DNA from: an uncultured delta proteobacterium
Lineage (GTDB): Bacteria; Desulfobacterota; Desulfobacteria; Desulfobacterales; JAFDCJ01
Length of the DNA: 64,000 nt
Direction: 5' to 3'
Assembly (NCBI GenBank): GCA_963769935.1
Contig: CAVYNY010000009.1
Location: 224,001 to 288,000, forward strand
A program made the position numbers and the translations under genes. Of the stretch, positions 59,774 through 64,000 are shown in pieces; the first letter of the stretch is position 1, and each line of letters opens with the position of its first letter. The notes under the pieces were generated by a model. That model had not been told where the DNA came from. It saw only the letters and a program-made list of their open reading frames with translations, and did not search any database.

Positions 59774-60120
59774 CAAAGCATCCTTGGGGGCTTTAATTCG
59801 AGCCGCCTGCAATATTGGTAAGACGCATCCGGCTCCTACCGCCCCTGTGTCGGTCGTTCGCTGAGACGCACGAATCCGGATGCCATTGGCAACCCGTCAT
59901 GAATTTATGCCACCCATTGGAAAAATGCAAGCAAATAGGTTGATCATCCAGCAATCCGGTCAGACCTCGAAATTTATCCTGGGTTTTATCTTTTTTATGC
60001 GCTTTACTGCCGCCTGGGCAGCGCATCTTTTAGCGACCCGCCGGCCCTTGGGTCTAATTGATTCTTTAGATCAAAGAACTATCTATAATTTTGAAGAAGC
60101 TGTTTTCCAGGGCGGATTAA

Positions 60121-60504
60121 TTATCCGTGAAACCGGTTGTACCAGTCAAATTCCCGGGAGGTAACTTTGTCTTCCATTTTGCGAATACGCTTTTCCAGAT
60201 GTTTCCATTTCCGGTTCAGCCGCTGGGCCGCGTCGTTTCGCGCGCGGTGATACCGGCTGCCGGACTTTTGGTCCGGCCCGCTGCGGGCGTAGTCCGCCGG
60301 CTCCGACTTCATTAAGAGGGCCGCCAAAATATAAAGGCCGACCACCGGCCAGAAGCCGGTAAATATAAACACAATGACGACCAGGGCTCTGATCCAGAAC
60401 ACCGAAAAGTCAAAATATTCGGCTGCCCCCCGGCACACACCCAATAGGATGCCGTTTCGTGAGCGGTAGAATCCGCGTTTTGACAGGCTGTCATATCTGC
60501 GCAT
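60121..60504 (-). CDS. pspC: Phage shock protein C
   Basis: YRSRNGILLGVCRGAAEYF, TM segment, C-terminal RIRKMEDKVTSREFDW. Confidence 0.92.
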   Translation of the reverse strand: MRRYDSLSKRGFYRSRNGILLGVCRGAAEYFDFSVFWIRALVVIVFIFTGFWPVVGLYILAALLMKSEPADYARSGPDQKSGSRYHRARNDAAQRLNRKWKHLEKRIRKMEDKVTSREFDWYNRFHG

Positions 60505-60505
60505 G

Positions 60506-61228
60506 TTAGGTTTCCTTTCTCTCATTATCATCCATTATGGTTTCCAGCGCTTCGACTCTTTTCTCCATCAAGTCTATGGATGAAGATTTTATCGCTTTTA
60601 ACTCGCTTTCAATCTCTTCATCCCGGGCAAGCCTTTCCAACTCATCCTGCAGGGTCGGCTTGCGGCCGGAATTTTCCAGGTCGGATTCGGCTTCCATTTG
60701 CTCGATGCGCTGTTCAAGCTCTTCGAATTTAAAAATCGCATCGGCGCTGTCCACGCGCCGGATTTCTTCCTGGGCCCGCTTTTTGCGGGTGGCATGGATA
60801 TGGCGTTGCACGAGCAGGCGCTCTTTTTCGCGGACGGCCTTCAATTTGTCTTCCAGTTGATGGATGTCGTCCTTGTAATGCGCCAGCAAGGTTTCATGGT
60901 CGCTCAACTCATTGGCGAGTGATTCGGCTCTCCGGGCATAACGACGTTTCTCAAGCAGCGCTTCCCTTGCCAGATCGTCACGCCCTTTACTAACCGCCAA
61001 ACCGGCTTTGTCGTCCCAGTAACCGACGCGTTTTTCGAGCACCTGCAGTTGGCGCTCAACTTGCTTGCTTTGCGCCATCACTCCGGTGCAGGCGACTTTG
61101 AGTTCGATCAGCGTATCTTCCATCTCCTGGATCATCAGCCGGATCAGTTTCTCGGGATCTTCCGCCCGATCGAGCATGGAGTTTATGTTGGAACCGACAA
61201 TATCCCGAAATCGTGTGAATATGCCCAT
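60506..61228 (-). CDS. pspA: Phage shock protein A with PspB-like C-terminal tail
   Basis: MGIFTRFRDIVGSNINSMLDRAEDPEKLIRLMIQEMEDTL, GRDDLAREAL; tail MEKRVEALETIM. Confidence 0.95.
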   Translation of the reverse strand: MGIFTRFRDIVGSNINSMLDRAEDPEKLIRLMIQEMEDTLIELKVACTGVMAQSKQVERQLQVLEKRVGYWDDKAGLAVSKGRDDLAREALLEKRRYARRAESLANELSDHETLLAHYKDDIHQLEDKLKAVREKERLLVQRHIHATRKKRAQEEIRRVDSADAIFKFEELEQRIEQMEAESDLENSGRKPTLQDELERLARDEEIESELKAIKSSSIDLMEKRVEALETIMDDNERKET

Positions 61229-61266
61229 GGTAAAACCTCCTTATTATTTTTTTCTGACCTATGTAG

Positions 61267-61364
61267 AGCATTTAGCATGCCAATGACAGTTTTAGACTCA
61301 ACCTCCTGATATCATAATGATTTGAAAATTATGGCATAATGAGGACGATGGTGAAAATAACCAT
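61267..61364 (-). promoter_or_regulatory. Sigma-54 promoter of pspA with a candidate activator site
   Basis: TTGGCATGCTAAATGCT (61283-61267; GG-N10-GC); imperfect palindrome ATGGTGAAAATAACCAT at 61348-61364. Confidence 0.75.
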
Positions 61365-61578
61365 AAAGTAGCAAAAAAGGCCTCGTTTTGCCAAACCCAG
61401 ATTTTCAGTATTCCCTGGCCCGGAGGACCCGCTTTTCGATGTTGGAATAAAAATAGAATTGTTGAAATCCAGCGCGAATACTGATATTAGGCCTTGGAAA
61501 AAACGAAGAAATGCGTGAATTGCGGCGCCAAAGCGGAAAAAGGCAAACTCGCGTCAACTCTAAAAAAAGGAGAACAAC

Positions 61579-62046
61579 ATGGAATTTGAAAATTTAGATG
61601 CCATTTTGGATTTTGCCATTGAAAAAGAATTGGAAGCGGCGGAATTTTACACCAGCATCAGCAAGCAGGAAGTATTTTCCGGGGCCGGTAAGATGTTTGA
61701 TGAATTTGCGCAGGAAGAACGAAAACACAAGGCCATGCTCGAGGAGTTTAAAACCAAAGGTCTTAGCGCAAGCCTGCAGAAATATAATTTTAAATGGATT
61801 ACGGACATCAAACGCAGCGACTATGTTGTCGATCTCGAATACAGCCCCGGAATGCCTTATAACGAAATCCTCATGCTGGCCATGAAGCGGGAGGAAAAAG
61901 CGCTGAAGCTCTATAATGATTTTTTGACCCAGGCAGATTCGGATGAAAGCAAGACCTTATTTAAAGTACTTTGCCAGGAAGAGGCGAAACATAAACTGGC
62001 CTTGGAAACCATATATGACGATTATATGGCGAAGATGGGAGACTAG
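61579..62046 (+). CDS. Ferritin-like / rubrerythrin-family di-iron protein
   Basis: AIEKE...FY, EERKH, AMKREEKA..LY and EEAKH di-iron motifs; RBS AGGAG. Confidence 0.9.
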   Translation: MEFENLDAILDFAIEKELEAAEFYTSISKQEVFSGAGKMFDEFAQEERKHKAMLEEFKTKGLSASLQKYNFKWITDIKRSDYVVDLEYSPGMPYNEILMLAMKREEKALKLYNDFLTQADSDESKTLFKVLCQEEAKHKLALETIYDDYMAKMGD

Positions 62047-62049
62047 TGG

Positions 62050-62258
62050 ATTGAAGATTGAAAATTGAATATTGTAAAACGGTGCAAATAAGAGGTTAAT
62101 TTTCGCAGGTTGGGTTGATCCGGCCTCGGCGGGCAATACCGGTCGGACTCTACCCAACCTGCCGGGAATCAAGACGTTTCGTTGAGGCTACAATTAGGGT
62201 CGAGCGAAGCGATTTCCGCAATTCTAAAATATTCAATATTCAATTTTCAATATTCATT
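62050..62258. repeat. Inverted 7-bp-period repeat element between convergent genes
   Basis: ATTGAAGATTGAAAATTGAATATT arm and AATATTCAATATTCAATTTTCAATATTCA arm; same family as 50671..50841. Confidence 0.85.
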
Positions 62259-63594
62259 TCGATAGGGGGCAGCCGGTACAGTCTTTTATCAGGTTTTTTA
62301 GCTTATCGTACAGGACCGAGTAGGAGTAGTATTGTTTGGCGGTTTCGTAATTGTGCTGCACCATCTTATCGCGAAACTCCGAATCGGTCAGCACCTTTTT
62401 GGTTTTGCGAACCGCCTCATCGGACACGTACCCGTCAATCTCTATTACGGAAAAGCCCTTCGGCTTAATGTCCATGGTGTATATGGCATAGGTGTTTACC
62501 ACAATCGGCCGGCAAAAATAGATAGCTTCCAGAAAGGCATTGCCGAATCCCTCAAACGTGGAAGGATAAGTTACCAGGTCGGCGTGGGGATAGATGTCTT
62601 CCAGCGTATAGATCTTGCGGCCATTTTTCGTCAGCCCTCTTTTCTCATTGATGATGTTGGAAACAAAGTACGTATCGACCTTCATCATTTTGGAATATTC
62701 TCTAACCCGGCGTTCATAGTCATACCCTTCATCCCCCGATGCGTGCGAGATGACCAGTTTGGCTTTCATTCCCAGCCGGTGGACCAGTTCAATCGCGTGC
62801 TCAATCCCTTTGCGTTTCACAACCCGTGTCGGTTGAAGTATTAACAGCTCATTATCTCCAACCCCCAGAGCCTGTCTCACATCGGCAGCGTACTCGTCTA
62901 CCGCGGGTGCCTGATCCACGGCCGCTATGCCGCAGGATTTTGCACTCGAGGCTATTGGCGGTGGATTTTCAAAATCCATCACATTGGGAATTATGGTCGA
63001 TGATATGCCGGTTCGCAGACTCAGCTGATTGCCCGCCGATGAGTTGATGACCACGTGCTTAATCGGCGGCAGGTGCGGCGGAAACGCCATGTTCAAGTAC
63101 TCCCAGGCAGCGTTGACCATAAAATGCTGGCGTTCCCAAAAAAAGTCATGGTGATGCGCAATGGTCGGCATCCCGGTTTCAGAAATGACCTCGGTCAGGG
63201 CGATGCCCAGGGGAATGTTCAACGGAATCGTCAGGGCATTTTCCGGCACGAGCAGGTCAATATCAAAATTTTCGATGAATCTGTAAAGATCATCCTTCAG
63301 CTTCCGCTTGAGTTCGTAAATTTTTCGAGTGACAAAACGTTCCCGCACCCGGGCGCCGAAACAGTTGCGGTAAATATCTTTAATATCCGGATGCTGGAAA
63401 TGCGCTTCTTCAGCCAGAAATGAAGATTCAGGCGGCCGGTCAAGCTCACCGGCCAAATAATGGCAGGAGAACCCCACCCTCTCAAATACATCGGCCCACT
63501 TGGCCGTCTCCAGAGAAACCCCGTCCGTTCCCGCCAATCGAGTTGATACGAAACCCACGTTATGGGTCCGGCCGCACAACGAGCAGTATGCCAT
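62254..63594 (-). CDS. GT4 glycosyltransferase (mannosylglucosylglycerate synthase-like)
   Basis: STRLAGTDGVSLE, HHHDFFWER, LQPTRVVKRKGIE and TYPSTFEGFGNAFLEA motifs. Confidence 0.88.
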   Translation of the reverse strand: MAYCSLCGRTHNVGFVSTRLAGTDGVSLETAKWADVFERVGFSCHYLAGELDRPPESSFLAEEAHFQHPDIKDIYRNCFGARVRERFVTRKIYELKRKLKDDLYRFIENFDIDLLVPENALTIPLNIPLGIALTEVISETGMPTIAHHHDFFWERQHFMVNAAWEYLNMAFPPHLPPIKHVVINSSAGNQLSLRTGISSTIIPNVMDFENPPPIASSAKSCGIAAVDQAPAVDEYAADVRQALGVGDNELLILQPTRVVKRKGIEHAIELVHRLGMKAKLVISHASGDEGYDYERRVREYSKMMKVDTYFVSNIINEKRGLTKNGRKIYTLEDIYPHADLVTYPSTFEGFGNAFLEAIYFCRPIVVNTYAIYTMDIKPKGFSVIEIDGYVSDEAVRKTKKVLTDSEFRDKMVQHNYETAKQYYSYSVLYDKLKNLIKDCTGCPLSK

Positions 63595-63604
63595 GTTTCT
63601 CCTT

Positions 63605-63812
63605 TCAGTTAACCCGTCGAGCCCGTTCTCCCGTTGAGCCAGTAAGCCTGTTGGTCCGTTAGCCAGTTAATCCGCTGGCCCGCGATAAACCGGATAGGCG
63701 ACTTATCGGCAAACAGGTTGACCGGTTAACCGGCCGACCGGTTCACGGGCTAACGGGCAAACCGGACAACCGGTTCACGGGCTAACCGGCAAACCGGTCA
63801 ACCGATCAACCG
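63605..63812. repeat. 8-bp-period degenerate tandem repeat (AACCGGNN) with inverted arms
   Basis: About 12 units such as AACCGGAC/AACCGGTT/AACCGGCA at 63710-63812; inverse-type units at 63605-63680. Confidence 0.85.
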
Positions 63813-63817
63813 TATAG

Positions 63818-64000
63818 TCAAACTTCCTCATATCGAAAGCATCCGACAATATGGTCATTTACCAGACCTGCAGCCTGCATGAATGCATAACAGATCGTGG
63901 GTCCGACAAATTTAAAGCCCCGCTTTTTAAGGTCGGTACTCATGGCGGCCGACTCTTTCGTCCAGGCCGGAATTGCAGCAATCGTTTGCCACCTGTTTTT
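63818..64000 (-). CDS. tag: DNA-3-methyladenine glycosylase I, 3' end
   Basis: KNRWQTIAAIPA...MSTDLKKRGFKFVGPTICYAFMQAAGLVNDHIVGCFRYEEV*. Confidence 0.95.
   Translation of the reverse strand, partial: KNRWQTIAAIPAWTKESAAMSTDLKKRGFKFVGPTICYAFMQAAGLVNDHIVGCFRYEEV

Noticed and set aside
59997..60026. ACTGCCGCCTGGGCAGC resembles a type I-F CRISPR repeat hairpin and the 3' end of a ZTP riboswitch
   Set aside because: Single copy, no upstream UGACUGGCG partner and no plus-strand gene downstream; more simply a hairpin after pspC.
1..64000. tRNA/rRNA genes (including selC), integrases, transposases, prophage genes
   Set aside because: None recognised by eye; a tRNAscan-SE or Infernal run would be needed to exclude small RNAs firmly.

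Overview
64-kb chromosomal window, probably from a sulfate-reducing Desulfobacterota (Desulfobacterales-like) bacterium; the taxon is inferred from gene content only. In order it holds: an RND efflux pair; a FadR-controlled fatty-acid oxidation operon (fadR, acyl-CoA dehydrogenase, membrane Fe-S oxidoreductase, etfBA); a cytochrome b / Rieske / octaheme-TPR operon interrupted by a four-helix-bundle gene enclosed in inverted 8-bp tandem repeats; birA with a collapsed bioY-ecfT remnant; a split peptide ABC transporter with three amidohydrolases/peptidases; an accessory island (32.2-39.5 kb: vapBC between direct repeats, pRiA4b-ORF3 gene, a type I-F cas1 stub abutting a phd stub, duplicated mazEF); lactate permease; MATE transporter. 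The main feature is an operon hdrA-mvhD-hdrA-mvhD-hdrD-like-metV-metF. Its first five genes each carry one in-frame UGA at a conserved Cys position followed by a SECIS-like hairpin, i.e. five consecutive predicted selenoproteins that the ORF track splits. Then come a divergent second metF, two-component genes, pspA/pspC, a ferritin-like gene, a GT4 glycosyltransferase and the 3' end of tag. Intergenic DNA is rich in 7/8/9-bp-period tandem repeats arranged as inverted arms. Several +1 insertions in otherwise intact genes look like sequencing errors. All calls come from manual motif recognition; no database searches were run.
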